Part shown: one piece after another, positions 62,937 through 64,000 of the stretch
Layout: each line of letters opens with the position of its first letter
Numbering within the stretch: position 1 is the first letter of the stretch
Source: Basidiobolus meristosporus CBS 931.73
Taxonomy: Eukaryota; Fungi; Basidiobolomycota
Reading direction: 5' to 3'
NCBI GenBank assembly: GCA_002104905.1
Contig: MCFE01000427.1
Span: 13,098-77,097 of the forward strand
Length of the DNA stretch: 64,000 nucleotides
Made by a program: the position numbers and the translations under genes
Notes under the pieces: model-generated
Seen by the model: the letters and a program-made list of their open reading frames with translations, nothing else
Databases searched by the model: none
Told to the model about the DNA's origin: nothing

Positions 62937-63800
62937 CTACTGTTGTAGCTTTGATACAAGAGTGTGTAGCTGAGGGGAATTTGTAGGTAAGTTAATAAGA
63001 AGTGATGATAGTTCTTCAGTGCTAAACACACTATTCAGTGGGAAGGGGGGTAGCAAGAGAGGTAAGAATGACTTGTGAACAACATTAATGAGGGGAATGT
63101 GATAAGGATTGATATTCATCATAAAGGGAGTGTGCTGCTGCAGATATTGCTGCCAAAGGTCTGTCAAGTACTTTAGGTAGGCCAGCTTGGGCTTTTCTGA
63201 CTGCAGAATAAATTCAGCAAACTTCTTGACTTCAGGATCTCCAAGTATAGTTCTCCAGCAGGAGTCAGGTGTAGTGTGGTGTGTTCTCTTCCAGGCCTTA
63301 ATCAGTGGGTTGTTGCAGTTGTGAAGTCTGAGGTATAATCTGGTTCTAAGGTAGAGAAGTCTGATCTTATAGGGCATAAACCCAAAAGCACCAAGAATAG
63401 CATGTCTGTAGGGGCATTCAGGCAAATGAGGCACCAAGGAGGTAATGCACCATACGGCAAACTTGTCAAGCTTAGTGCAGTCTCTAGAAGTAAGAGAGAG
63501 AAGCGGTAAGCCAAATTCCAGGACAGGGAAGACAAACTGCTTGAGTAGAAGGAGGCAGCTTGGAGCTGAAGTTGTAGGAGGAGTAACAGCCAGTAGCTTG
63601 TGGAGTGCCTGTCTTGCCAGGATAATTCTCTTCTTCAGGTGTGCTCCAGAGTCTAGTCCAGTAGGAAGGAAAGGAAAGCCAAGATATGTAGCAGAAACCT
63701 GAGCAGGTAGAGTGGAGTTCTCCAAGTTGATGGGAGAGCCCAAAGGTACTGTCTTTGCAATGGAAAGCTGGAGATTATTCTTCTGCAGATACTGGTGGAT
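62937..63800 (-). pseudogene. 5'-truncated RT subfamily A copy capped directly by telomere repeats
   Basis: Paralog of 57892-58811; homology stops at GGTGGAT(63800), then TTAGGG repeats start. Confidence 0.88.
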
Positions 63801-64000
63801 TTAGGGTTAGGGTTAGGGTTAGGGTTAGGGCTAGGGTTAGGGTTAGGGTTAGGGTTAGGGTTAGGGTTAGGGTTAGGGTTAGGGTTAGGTTAGGGTTAGG
63901 GTTAGGGTTAGGGTTAGGGTTAGGGTTAGGGTTAGGGTTAGGGTTAGGGTTAGGGTTAGGGTTAGGGTTAGGGTTAGGGTTAGGGTTAGGGTTAGGGTTA
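63801..64000 (+). repeat. Telomeric (TTAGGG)n tract
   Basis: About 33 TTAGGG units to the window end, with one CTAGGG and one TTAGG variant. Confidence 0.98.

Larger units (their letters stand above)
57826..63800 (-). mobile_element. Head-to-tail array of seven telomere-associated retro-modules (approx. 57826-58811, 58812-58923, 58924-59502, 59503-60532, 60533-62498, 62499-62871, 62872-63800)
   Basis: Each begins on the + strand with a (GGG)TTAG remnant, a purine run, TCACC-N4-6-(G/A)TGAAATCTTTATTT and a downstream AAGAAGCC. All coding is on the minus strand with 5' ends toward the telomere. Confidence 0.88.

Overview
This is the last 64 kb of a fungal chromosome arm, ending in about 200 bp of (TTAGGG)n. 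Short GT-AG introns with CTAAC/CTGAC branch sites, TIM13 and Pol III tRNAs indicate a eukaryote. The gene content suggests an early-diverging, Basidiobolus-like fungus (inference only). CpG-rich gene islands alternate with almost CpG-free repeat DNA. Genes: TIM13, a secreted Kre9-like Ig-fold protein, a Kex2-processed repeat precursor with 12 HG(N/K)EKH units, DUF4112, and several bacterial-looking enzymes (stand-alone TrpB with 4 introns, GH24 lysozyme, agmatine deiminase). There are also two tandem families of small Cys-rich secreted proteins, a methyltransferase plus MpaB/DUF2236 oxygenase cassette in three copies, and two tRNA-Arg genes. Mobile DNA: a near-intact Ty1/copia element, solo LTRs of two families and a truncated gypsy-like gag. 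The most striking feature is the terminal 6 kb, a head-to-tail, co-oriented array of modules: LINE-type RT fragments, a separate coiled-coil ORF module and a non-coding module. All end in the same double hairpin followed by CCCTAA-like sequence and are joined through telomere-repeat remnants, consistent with a modular retroelement system that extends the chromosome end.
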